A stretch of 64,000 nucleotides of DNA from Okamejei kenojei (Eukaryota), in the NCBI GenBank assembly GCA_035221665.1, contig CM069155.1, positions 34,906,001-34,970,000 of the forward strand. The letters run 5' to 3'. The position numbers and the translations under genes were made by a program. Positions 13,360-25,400 of this stretch are shown in pieces. Under the pieces are notes generated by a model. That model was not told the origin of the DNA. It saw only the letters and a program-made list of their open reading frames with translations, and did no database searches. How positions within the stretch are numbered: position 1 is the first letter of the stretch; every line of letters begins with the position of its first letter.

Positions 13360-13603
13360 TGAATTGACAGAAGGGCAAAGGGAGACGTCGATGAAAGAAG
13401 AGCGGACGTGGCTTCAGATTCGTTCGTTGACGCTACGCTTAGTCTGTGCACTCGCTACCATTAGCCACACAGTTGAGCTGAAGAATTCCAACCGAACAAC
13501 AGAGAATGGTGTCGCTTCTAAAATTGACACACTACGTTATTTAATTCAACAGCTTGAATGTATCGTGCAGACGGAGAAGAAAAAGGACAAACAGGTTGTT
13601 CAG
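13360..13603 (+). CDS. NAA25: NAA25 coding exon
   Basis: acgaaag|T ... GTTCAG|gtaaat. ELTEGQRETSMKEERTWLQIRSLTLRLV...ENGVASKIDTLRYLIQQLE...KQVVQ; phase matches the upstream exon. Confidence 0.88.
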
Positions 13604-14238
13604 GTAAATTTCTTCGAAAGAAATGTAATTTGGTTCTAAGTGAAATGTACGTAGCTAAGTTACTGCAATAAGTTGCCAGGTAATGGCAATACTTGGCACT
13701 TAAAACTAAATTTTCGATGATCTCAAAACCAAATTCTCACTATTCTTTCTCCCCACCAAACCTTAACACACAGTTTCCCCAGGCACAATTGACAAAGAGC
13801 ACAATACAGTGATTTGCGGAGGAGGAGGATCACAGAATCAATCCCTTGTATGTTGAAATTAAGAATAAAATATTTGAGGTTAACCACCTTTGCCAATTTG
13901 CACAAAAATTGGTGGCGTTTCTTTTGATATCTGATCTGATCTGATATGTGTTAAATTATACTTGGGTGGATAAGAGTGTCCAGCAATTAAATAAATTACC
14001 AACTAAAAGAATACCAGAAGAAGTGGCACATTGGAATGCATTGTTCTTTATTAACAGAAATGAGAAGAGAGAAGCTGTTTCTACATATCAAAGTGTTTTG
14101 GTTGGACCATAGTTTGTGACTAATATTTAAAAACTGGTCTTCAAAAGCGTCGCCAGGGGGACATTTTCTGTTAATCTCTCTCTGATAGTACCAGAAACTG
14201 CATGCAAACCTGAGTTCCACATTCTGTTCTGTTCACAG

Positions 14239-14362
14239 TTTCTAGTCCAAGGGTCACCTCCAGCCCGCATGATCACTTACCTGGAAAGCACCAGCTGCTG
14301 GTGTCAGATTAACGCTTTCCATCTGGTTATCGATGTTTACGAATTGGATGCCAGTGGATTAG
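14239..14362 (+). CDS. NAA25: NAA25 coding exon
   Basis: ttcacag|TTT ... TTAG|gtaaga. FLVQGSPPARMITYLESTSCWCQINAFHLVIDVYELDASGL. Confidence 0.9.
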
Positions 14363-14480
14363 GTAAGAATCTAAACTCGTGAAAAGAAGAAAATTACAGT
14401 TACTTCTATAAAATAATAATGCAAATGGTAGAGGTGGAAACTTTTTAAGTTCGATATCAATCAGATGTGTTTCCACCATG

Positions 14481-14780
14481 TTTAGCTTAGAGATACAGCG
14501 AGGAAACTGGCCCTTTGGCCCAGCGATCCCCGCGTATTAACACTATCTGACACACACGCACTCACACACTCGCATTCACACACTCACTTGCACGCGCACA
14601 CACACCGGGGACAATTTTACATTTATACCCAGCCAATTAACCTACAAACCTGTACGTCTTGGAGAAAACCCACATGGTCACGGGGAGAATGTACAAACTT
14701 CGTAAAGGCAGCACCCGTAGTCAGGATCAAACCAGGGTCTCTGGCGCTGTAAGGCAGCAACTCTACCGCTGCGTGCCGCC
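14481..14780 (-). mobile_element. V-SINE with an internal (CA)n expansion
   Basis: Reverse complement of the same consensus. Confidence 0.8.
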
Positions 14781-15258
14781 CTCCCCTATAATACAAGTTC
14801 ATACAAACCCATTTCATTCAACGTGAACAGAAGAAAGTAAATTAAGCTCTATTGGAGGGTAAAGCTTCTGAAAAAGTCTCCAACCCGAAACATCGCCTAT
14901 CCATGTCCTCCAGAGATGCTGCCCAACCTGCTGAGTTACTCCAGTATCTTGTGCCGTTTTTGTAAACCAGAGTCTCCAGTTCCTTGTTCCTAAGCTTTAC
15001 CTTGTTTGATTTCTCAAACTGCTCGGTTGATAGGAATATTGACCAGTTGAGAATTACACTGCAAATTCAGATTCCAGTATGCTCATGTATCCATCTCTTT
15101 CACCTTCAGCTGCTGTTGCAATCAAAGTGTGTGCAGCAAGCAATTGAGCACAGCTTGGAAAGCAGAAAGAGGGAGGGAAGTTGGAGACATTAAATGATCA
15201 TGTCATATTAGCTTCAAACAAGAAGATTGAATACAAATAAGTAATATTTGTAGGAATA

Positions 15259-15570
15259 GGGCAGCATGGTGGCATAGTGGTAGAGCTGTTGCCTTACAGT
15301 GCCGGAGACCCGGGTTCGATCCAGACTAAGGGTGCTGTCTGTACAGCGTTTGCACGTTCTCCCCGTGACCTGTATGGGTTTTCTCCGAGATCTTCGATTT
15401 CCTCCAACAATCCAAAGTAGTACAGGTATGTAGGTTAATTGGCTTGGTGTAAATGTAAAAATTGTCCCTAGTGTGTGTAGGATAGTGTTAATGTGCGGGG
15501 ATTGCTGGGCAGCACGGACCTGGTGGACCAAAGGGACTGTTTCCGCGCTGTATCTCTAAACTAAACTAAA
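15259..15570 (+). mobile_element. tRNA-derived V-SINE (HE1-like)
   Basis: Box A TGGCATAGTGG and box B GGTTCGATCC, V-domain GTTTGCACGTTCTCCCCGTG..GGGTTTTCTCC, CR1-like tail with (CTAAA)n. Confidence 0.85.
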
Positions 15571-15897
15571 GTAAGTATTACTAAATGACAGAATTAACCT
15601 TTTAGTGAGAGACAATTGTTTGGAATCTGTTAGGTTTACCCCATGGAAATTTACTGATATAAAGTATACCGTGGGTTTGTGGAATTACATTTCTTAAATG
15701 ATGTCTTGTAGTATGAATGAAAAGTGTCTCCACTATTTAGAAAAATAGTGAAATTTAACAAAAAAAATATGTGCTCAGAGTAATGGGCTATGCACAATAA
15801 AGTGATTTATTATGAAAAGTAGATGTATCCCAATTATGAGAAATTAATTTTGCTCTTTTAAAAAAAAAAATCTTTACTCATTTTTTATTTCTTGCAG

Positions 15898-15963
15898 AAG
15901 AAACACTGGATGTCCAAAACCGGATAGCAAATGATTTTAAGTCGTTATTAGGACAATTACAAG
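15898..15963 (+). CDS. NAA25: NAA25 coding exon (66 nt, NAGNAG acceptor)
   Basis: ttgcag|AAG ... CAAG|gtaatg. EETLDVQNRIANDFKSLLGQLQ, similar to recalled EDTMEIQERIENSFKSLLDQLK. Confidence 0.9.
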
Positions 15964-16455
15964 GTAATGATTTCTCCTAACCTTGCTTCCTCTTTGCTGT
16001 ATATCTCAGTTGCTGCAGCAGGGCATGTCGTATGAATCCGATTCAGTGGGCTGAGGAGAAGGAAAAAAAAAAGCTGATCTTCTCGAAGTTGCAGTTTTTG
16101 AAACGCATCAATAAAATAAATATAAAGAGGTCAAAGACGGAGCCGGTTTGCCTTTTCCTAGTTCGAAAGGTTGTCTCTTCCTGTGAGAAGAATAACTACC
16201 ACGACTTGTACAATATATCTGAGTAAATCATTATAACGTTCAGGCAATAAATATTTGGAGGAGATGAATAAAAAAAATGTCTGCTTCAATAAATTCTCTA
16301 GGAAACCTAAATCAAAATTTGATGAGCCAAAGCTGGAAATGTTGGCAGTGCTTGAGGTTGTCCACTATCATCATCTGAACTTGCATGAAAATAGCGTGAC
16401 AGAGAGTCCATTGTACGTGAAGGACATTTGTAACCTGTTTTCTTTTCCTCCTCAG

Positions 16456-16556
16456 AGTTATTCAATAATAAATGTAAAGGGAGTTTGTTGGAAGCTAACA
16501 AAACAAATTATACAACAAGACCAGAACTTTTAGAAAACCTGGTCTTTCTAGTTGAG
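16456..16556 (+). CDS. NAA25: NAA25 coding exon
   Basis: cctcag|AG ... GAG|gtaagc. LFNNKCKGSLLEANKTNYTTRPELLENLVFLVE. Confidence 0.92.
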
Positions 16557-17484
16557 GTAAGCAATGACAAAATTACCTTACAGTTATTGTCTCTCATCTT
16601 TGACTCAACACATTACTGGAAATAATGAAGCTTGTATATATAATTGTGGGTCTGCCTGGTATTTTGGGACACTGAAGGAAAGTGGTTAAATGAGAACTGC
16701 ACATTTTGTTAAAATGTATTACCCTAGACATTCCACAACCAGTAGCTTTTAAGTTTTGTTTTTAGTAAATTAATAGTCAGTGTTGAATATTTTGATCTCG
16801 GGTGTCTGTGTTCGATTCCAAGTAGACCCCAATTCACACCATAACCAATAGCGTACCATCCATTACTACCCAGTCTATTGAACAGTGCTTACTTAAAACA
16901 ATCTCTGTTGAGTGAGCAAGTATCTGGGGCAAGCTCAGGCAAATGGGAATCGCTTGGGTGAGATATCTTGATTGCACTGAACATGTTGGGCCAAAGAGCC
17001 CGATGTGCTGCAAGGCTCTCTGACAAATAATTATTTCCTTTGTAATTATGATACCAGACTTTATGTGACAATTGTGGGTAAATGCAGTCTTTTACCCAGA
17101 GTAGGGGAATCCGGAACCAGGGGACATAGGTTTAAGATAAAAGGGGAAAGATTTAATAGGGACTTGAGGGGCAGGTACGTTGATAGGATAGGTTTCGAAG
17201 GATACGGACCAAACGCAGGCAGGTGGAACTAGTGTAGATGGGACACGTTGGTCAACATAGGCAAGTTGGGCCGAATGGCCTCTTTCCAAGCTGTATAATT
17301 CGATGACTCTCAATTTGCTTTTTGTTAAAGATGTGCCCCATTTTCTTTTGATAAGTACCGTTCCTTCAATAGCTATCTACAACAAAAGGTTGACTTACAC
17401 TCCACCATGAATGCCACCCTCTCTTTACTCTCAGATTGTTAACACCTATCACAGATTGGGGAAGAGTACAGAGTCTAGGCATTA

Positions 17485-17797
17485 CCGGATGGCGCAGTGG
17501 TAAAGCTGCTGCCTCATAGTGCCAAGAGCCCGAATTCAATCCTGACTATGGGTATTATCTATGCGGAGTTTGTACATTGTCCCTGTGATCGTGTGGGTTT
17601 TCTCCAGGTGCTCCCACTTTCTCCAGGTTTCCTCCCACTTTCCAATAATGTGCAGGTTTGTAGGTGAATTGGAATCTAAATTGCTGCTAGCATGTAGGAT
17701 GCAAAACTGCGATAGCATACAATGAGTGTGAATGGGTGATGGTCGGCATGGACTCGGTGAGCTGAAGGGCATATTTCCACATTGTATCTCTAAACTA
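17485..17797 (+). mobile_element. V-SINE, diverged
   Basis: TGGCGCAGTGG box A, V-domain and tail. Confidence 0.7.
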
Positions 17798-18118
17798 AGC
17801 TATTCAGGCTAAAGAGCTCAGGAAAGGATGCTGAGTGAATTGACCCTGAACAAATGCCATTTTCTTCCCCTAAAACTATTTGGAAAAACACCTCTGTGTT
17901 CAATTCCTGATTCTTATGTGCAATTAGCACTGACTTCTGCGTTCACGTGTCATTGCAAATTTGTTTCCATTGGGATCTGGTTGTGTACATACTTTTCAGT
18001 TAGTATGGTCTCTTGAGAAAATGCTGTCTCCCACTTGCCAGTTAACTGTTGTATTCCTCTCAAAGGCTAAATGTTCAGGAGACATTGACTAATGTGGAGT
18101 CTGTTCTTGTCATCTCAG

Positions 18119-18229
18119 ACTGTCTGCATAATCCTGTGGGTATCTTATTACTGTGGTAATGTCCTACGGCCGCTTAAATCCAGTTTACAGAAGAAAAAGA
18201 AGAAGAAAAAGGAAATCAATTTTGCAATG
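18119..18229 (+). CDS. NAA25: NAA25 coding exon with poly-Lys (NLS-like) stretch
   Basis: tctcag|ACT ... ATG|gtaaga. TVCIILWVSYYCGNVLRPLKSSLQKKKKKKKEINFAM. Confidence 0.94.
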
Positions 18230-18599
18230 GTAAGAATCTCGGCAGAGAAAAGGTCTTGAAAGTGGGAAAAAATAACGATCAAAGAGTTCCCCTGAAAGTA
18301 CAGCAATTTAAAGATGTGCCCCCTTTGCTTTTGATAAGTACCATTCCTTCATTAGCTATCTACAATCATTGACCAGGAAAAGGTTGACTTAGACTCCGCC
18401 ATGAATGCCACCTCCTCTTTATTCTCAGAATTTTTCTCCACTGAAATGTTGCTGTATGTATTTACAATGACAATAAAGTGTATTGTTATTATTCACTTCC
18501 TTAGCAGACGTGTGAGTGCTGTGGTCCCAGACGATTGTTAATACCGATCACAGAGTGGTGAAGAGTACAGAGACTAGGCATTACAGGGGGGTGGCACAG

Positions 18600-19320
18600 T
18601 GGCCAACAAAGTGCTGGAGGAACTCGGCGGTCAGGACAGCTGACGCTTTGGGTGGAGACCTTCTTCGGATTGATGGAGTTGGTGGGAGAAAGCTGAAAAG
18701 AAATGGGAATGGAGCAAAGCCGGGCAAGTGATAGGTGGAAAGATGTGAGAGGGGAGATTGGCAGAGAGGTGGAATAAGGAACAAAGGCCAGCGGTGAAAA
18801 GAAGACAAAAGGTTGTTGGATGAGAGAAAGGGAGGAAGGGAATTAGCGCGGGAAGGAGAGATATGGGTGGAAAGGGAGAAGGGGAGGGGACAGAAGGGAG
18901 ATGGAAAGGAAATCTGAGATTTGGGGATGAGAGGGGTGGGAAAGGAGCGTGTGGCGGAAGGGAAAGGTGCAGGGTGACTGGGGCGGTGCGAGAAATTGAT
19001 GTACACCATTTTGGAGGGGGGGGGGGGGGGAAATGGGCAGGGTGGAATATTTCTTGAAATTGGAGAATTCAGTGTTCATGCCTTTTGGTTGTATGCTACC
19101 CGTGGCATATGAGGAGCTGTTCCTCCAGTGGCCTCTAGCAATGAAGGAGGCCAAGGACAGAAAGATGGGACTGGGAGTTAAAATGGTTTGCAACTGGAAG
19201 CTCTTGCAGGCTGTAGCAGACAGAATGCGAGTGTTCTGTAAAATGGTTGCCTAGTCTGCACTTAGTCCAACCATATAAAGGAAGCTACATTGGAAGCACA
19301 GAATGCAAAGAATGAGGTGC
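18600..19320 (-). mobile_element. Degenerate Penelope-like 3' fragment
   Basis: Remnant 'QPKGMNTEFSNFK' C-terminus (ORF 18843-19193) and the same 3' UTR as the 38 kb element. Confidence 0.7.
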
Positions 19321-21897
19321 ATATTTTTTTTTAGTATAGTACAGCAACTTTATTCTCTCCATGTGTGCTCTATTAGCTTACAGAAATAGAAATTCAATTC
19401 AATTCCCTCTTTCAAAGGTAGACAAAAATGCTGGAGAAACTCAGCGGGTGCAGCAGCATCTATGGAGCGAAGGAAATAGGCAACGTTTCGGGCAGAAACC
19501 CTAAAGGTTGACTATTTCCTTCGCTCCATAGATGCTGCTGCACCCACTGAGTTTCTCTAGCACTTTTGTCTACCTTCGATTTTCCAGCATCTGCAGTTCC
19601 TTCCTAAACACTCCCTCTCTTTCAAGTTTAGAAAGTACATCTGCAGTCAACACTCTTGATTGTGATGCCTCTAAATCCACTAGAGGGCAGCTGTTACCTG
19701 ATTTATTCACTAAAAGACACATTAGTGCGGGAGGGAGAGATATGGGTGCAAAGGGAGAAGGGGAGGGGACAGAAGGGAGATGGAACTAAAAGACACTAAA
19801 AGACACATTTTGATGGCTGCGCAAGATTAGCAAATGTTGCTTTCATTTTTTTCCTGAAGCTGCATTCACATCAATGTGAATCATATGAGTGCTTACAAAC
19901 TGATAATGGTGGATCAAATTAACAAAGAATTCCTGTGTAAGCATCGTGGCGTAGCAGTTGGTGCTGCTGCCTCTATACTCCAGCGTCCTGGTTTGAATTT
20001 GTTCAGGGGGACTGTCAGTAGGGAGATAGCCTGTTCTCCCTGTGATTGCTTGGTTTCCCTCCGGTGCTCCAGTTTCCTCCTAATGCCAAGGATGTACCAT
20101 ATTTGGTGAATTGCCCACTCTTGGTTAGTACGGGTGTTAGCGGTTATGGGGACAAGGCAGGAGAATGGGGTTAGGAGGGAGAGATAGATCAGCCATGGTT
20201 GAATGGCGGAGCAGACCTGATGGACCGAATGGCCTGATTCTGCTCCTTTCTCGTTTATGAGCTTATGATCTATAAATTGTCCTTACTGTGTTTGGATGAC
20301 AAAGTGAGGAGTAGATGAAGATGCAAGAGGAAAAATGGGATTGGTGTAGATGGATCTTGATGGCCGTGATGGGCCAAAGATCCCCTTTCCATCCTGTGTG
20401 ATTCTATGACGCATGTTCCAACTCTAAGGCCTTCAGGAAACTTAGCTGGCATTTGGCAATTCCTTCTGGTAAGCTTATCTTTTTTTTCTTACCGGTGAAG
20501 CTTTGATTGCTTTGTCACTTTTTAAACACTTTCATACTTTGCTTGTATGTAACACAGGTCAAAATTACATCTCAAATAAATCACTGTATGAGAAGAACCA
20601 AGATATGAGCGGTTTTAAGTGAAGCCTAAAATTGCAGATTGAGAAGGTGCTGGCACGTCCCCTGGGTTTATCTGCATGACTACAAAGAACCCTTGGTGTT
20701 GGAAATCTAAAATAAAAGTAGTGGGAGACATATCCTTTGTGCATTTTGATGCAGGGTTCACGCCTGAAATATTAGTGTCTTTCCTTTGGTGTGCATTGAT
20801 CCCAGGAATCAGTCTCGTCCTCTGACAAATGAGATGTCAAAGCAGGCTCAGTGTGCTTTTGTCTGTGAAAGAGCTAACAATAGCAGGAGTGAATTCCTGC
20901 TATTTTTATCCCGCAAACAATAGTTAATCTGGTCGTTATTATGTTGCCACAAATGAAGGTTTGCAGCCAGTTGTCAAATCCTGAAAAAAACATGTACTTT
21001 TCTCTTTATAAATGTGATGCATTTATTCTCTCTTCAGCATTATTACATATTTTTAAAGTTCCACTGTTGCTGAATAGTCCTTTGACCAGTTTCTTATTGC
21101 ACCATCAGTTAGCCTAAAAATCTGCTCTATTTTTTGTATTGGCTCTTTGTTGTTGAATATTAAATGTGTGTCATGTTGCGTTTGCAATCTTCGATGAGTG
21201 TATCCACATTTAGCTGTCACTTAAATTCGTAACTAAACCAATTGGAAACTAGGGAAGGGAGAAAGGATACTCGGAAGCGGTCACAAAGTGCTGGAGTAAC
21301 TCAGTGGGACAGGCACCATCCCTGGAGAACATGAATAGGTGATGCTTTGGATTTGGACCCGTTCCTCAGTTTGATTGTAGAGGGGTGTGGAAGAAAATTG
21401 TGAAAGCAGTAGAAGGATGTAGATGGAGGAGGATGAGGACACATCAACACTATTCAGAGGAGGTCAAAGCATATCATACCAGACATTGTGTAGGAAGGAA
21501 CTGCAGATGCTGGTTTAAACTGAAGATAGACACAAAAAGCTGGAGTAACAGCGGGACATGCAGAAGGAATGGGTGCCGTTTCGGGTCGAGAAGAGCCAAA
21601 ACGTCACCCATTCCTTCTCTCCAGAGATGCTGCCTGCCCCACTGAGTTACTCCAGCTTTTTTTCCTACCAGAGATTGGTGTCTTGCAATGAGGTGCCATA
21701 GGTTCTACTGTGATGATGTCTGTGGACATACTTATTCTAATATCTATTGGAGAATTACATATTTTGGAAAGAGTCTGGCTGTTTAGGATTGGAGAATGGA
21801 AATTTTATAATTCAAAGTATATCATTTTTAGTTCATGTTGCAAAAAATGATGCCTTCATTGTCCATTATCTAACAATATGTTCGCGTCTTTCCGCAG

Positions 21898-22044
21898 CCA
21901 ATCGTTTTCAGCGGCTTCCAGGACTACGTGGCTGGATTACAGAATTTCTTGTCCGAAGTGGTTTACCATATTAAGGAATTAGAGTCTGCACTAACTGCAC
22001 TGAAATTTGAGGAGCTGACGATGGATGGACATTCAGCCATTGAG
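21898..22044 (+). CDS. NAA25: NAA25 penultimate coding exon
   Basis: ccgcag|CCA ... GAG|gtacgg. PIVFSGFQDYVAGLQNFLSEVVYHIKELESALTALKFEELTMDGHSAIE. Confidence 0.93.
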
Positions 22045-22053
22045 GTACGGATT

Positions 22054-22463
22054 TGTTAAGGTTCATTTTCTTAAAACAGACAACTTACAATAAGTTAAAA
22101 CCAATACAAGCGATAATGATCATTTAACTAGCGAGAGTGCTAGGAGATACAAAGTCAAACATACAGCAGATACTTAACTCCTCCTAGGCCATCACTCTAA
22201 TGAATGAAGACATACAGCATCTTTTATAGTATTTCAGAAACATAGTCACATGTTTATACAGAGTTGCAACAATGACGTCTAACATCCAATCACAACTCTA
22301 CCCATTCAAAGCATGCTTGTCACTCTACCCATTCAAAGCATGCTTGTCACTAATACAATACTTCTCATGCTATGGTTATATTGATCACAAACTTTAGTTA
22401 CGAAAAATATTCCATTATTAACTAGGATATTATCAGATTGTTCTACTCTTATGATGCTTGACA
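22054..22463 (-). mobile_element. Possible solo LTR starting 9 nt into NAA25's last intron
   Basis: TGTTAAG ... CTTGACA termini; CCAAT (22286), TGACGTC (22273) and TATAAAA on - (22228-22222); internal 27-bp tandem duplication; no clear TSD. Confidence 0.4.
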
Positions 22464-25400
22464 TTTCCAAAGGACAAAGGACATTTGTCACGTACACCAA
22501 TTGGTGTAGTGAAATTTGATTTGCCGTGCAGCACACAAATAAAGATAATATACAACATCATAGGATTTAACAGTAGACATAAAAACATCCCCCACAATGG
22601 TTCCCACTGTGGGGGAAGGCAGCAAAGTCCAGTCCCATCCCCAGTTCACCCATAGTCGGGCCTATTGAGGCCTCCGCAGTCGCTGCTACGGGGCCCGATG
22701 TTCCAGGCCGTTGCAGATGATTAAAAGTTGCTCCTGCTTCACACCCTTCTGTTGCTTGAGGGCAGTATCAGCAATGTTGGGTGAGATGTGGAGAAAAATG
22801 GGCAATGCTGCATAGCCTGGGAAGAAGCTACTGTTCTATCATTAACGGAAAATGAAGCACAGATAAGCTTCCACTGGTCAAGGTGGAAATGAGCAGGTGT
22901 ATCAAAAAAAAAACCAAAATAGAGTGGATGGTGAGAGGATGTTTCCAACATAGTCCAAGACCAGAGGGCACATCCTCCGAACAAACGGATGTCTGTATTC
23001 AATCATGGCTGATCTATTTTTCCCTCTCAACCCATTGTCCTGCATTCTCTGGGTAGCTTTTGATGCCCTAACTAATCAAGAACCTATCAGCGTCAGCTTT
23101 AAAAATACCCAATGACTTGGTCTCCACCAGCGTTTATGACAATGAATTCCACAGATTCACCACCCTCTGGCTAAAAAAACTCCCCTTCATCTCCATTCTA
23201 AAGGAGATGAGGCTGTGCCCTCTGGTCCTAGACATCCCCAACATGTAGTGGATTGAAATGCTACACATTTGTCCCATTACATTTACTTGACAAGCGATTG
23301 TGGGAACATTTAGTACGAAGCGAACATGTATAGTTGTCTTTATTTACCAGCTCTTGGTTGAGTAACTATCTTACAAAGTAAACTCCATATACTAACCGCC
23401 TATAAGGTGATTACTTTGTGATGTCTATTAATGATCAGTATATGAAATAATCCTTTGTTTCTAACAGCTCCTTTAAGTAAAATTAACCAGAACTTAACTT
23501 TAATGTTTTTTGTACCGTTGGCATGTTAGAAATTGATTGCAATGGTATCATAAAACTTATTGTTGACATTCCAATTCAATATATTGGACCTCCACGGGAG
23601 CATAAAGAGCAAGAATGAAAGCTTTCCCTAATAGGTGATACTATTAAAATATTAATCACATAATGAGGAGACGACCATCGTGCTGATCTCAAACATTAGA
23701 GTGTTTTTTCAAGCAGTGTTTTGAAAGATGATGAAGAGGAAGCAGAGCCAGCCATGGAAGCAGCTCCTCGTGGGATAGTTAGCTTGCTTTCCCACTATCC
23801 ATTTTGTTTCTATTGCCCTTTGTTTTTGTTCCTTCTTGATTTTGCATTAAAATCAGCATTTTGTCCATTGGGTATTGTTGTATTTATGTAATTTGTATAA
23901 TATAGAGTTTCAGACTAAAAAAATGCTATAAATTATTTCACTGAAGAATGTTAATGAAACTAATAAGAATTGATGAGTTTGTTTTATTTTGTGTTGTGGA
24001 TGCTGAGGCAGAAAGTCCATCGACTTTGAAGTCACGTGTAAATTGAGGTGAATTGTTTTTTGGCTGGACAGTCATGAGTGTATAAGGAGTATTGGGGACT
24101 GAGAATCTATCCTTGCACGGCACCGGTGTTGAGGATTATCGTAGAGGCTGATGTGCTGCTTATCCTCGCTGATTGCCAACTCATCTCATCAGCAAGCCCA
24201 GTATTTCTCCCATGATCCTGACCCTCAGGCCAACTGACTGTCCATTTTCCATCGCTGATTCCCTGCAATACCTTCTTGGGTATTGTCCCTTCCGTGCGAT
24301 TTCTCTTTAGAAAGAACTACCTTTGACCCTTTCATGGAAATTACAACCTCCCCTCCAGTCTCTTTCCTCTCAAGTCTTTTGTTCTGCAGCACTGCCTCCT
24401 AAGTCCGGCTGCAATCCTGTTTGATCAGAGCCACATCTGTGCTGTACCAGGGAAAGAGACTAAATTGGAAAATTTCAAAGTCCAAATAACGTCTTTTTGA
24501 CTGACTATAATACAGATGTCAAAGTCATAAAAAGCATATGAACGCATTTTCAACTTTGCTTCTCAAATCTTGCAGTACTGAGAATACCACAGTTTAAATG
24601 GGCAAGTGAAAAATGTGCTATCGTGGCACTTTACAAGTTATTTCAAGGGTGAGCGCTGCCAGGACTACTTGACCTGCATTACACATCCAGAATCCTTTAA
24701 GTTATGTGTCAGAGAACAGGTGGAGCCAAATCCAGCATGTCATTAATCAAAATCAATACTTTTGGAGAACAAAAAAAAAGCATTGATGTTAAAATTATTA
24801 ATTCCACAACATAATTGTACATTGAGAAATTACTGCAAAGTATATAAAATACATATAAAACTCAAATTTTTAAATTGAAATGTTACTGATATTTTTCCAT
24901 GATGGTTTTTACAGAATGGTTGCTACCAAAAATGTAACTCCAAATCAGATTGTCGACGCTACATAAAAGCTGATAATAATCTTTAAATTTTCTGATAAAT
25001 GGACCTGAAACGGTTCAGCACAGAAAGGTGATCTACGATAGATCAGTTTCTTGCCCTTAAGCCAAATTAAATAAAAAATATTACCCATATGATGTAATAA
25101 TGTTGCTTTCTCCCATGCTGTAAAATCAATCAAAGCATATTTATAGCTTAAGCACCTTTCTTGAAATAAGGAAGGGAAAATCTGGAGTCCAGTACATCTA
25201 GAAATGTTCTCATTCTGATTATGAGAAATCACAAGAGGCCCTTCAGGTCTGAAGCAGGGTCCTGGTGTGAGCAAGTTGACCAAATATCACCTGTCCAGGT
25301 TTTTGACATGGACTGGGCTGCGTCCATATCTCTGCAATATCTTGCAAATTTGAACAAAGTTGCCATACCAAGCCATGATGCATCCTAATAAGATGCTTGC

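Noticed and set aside
15259-15330. tRNA genes (A and B boxes)
   Set aside because: The boxes are SINE heads that continue into the V-domain and a LINE-like tail; there is no complete cloverleaf.
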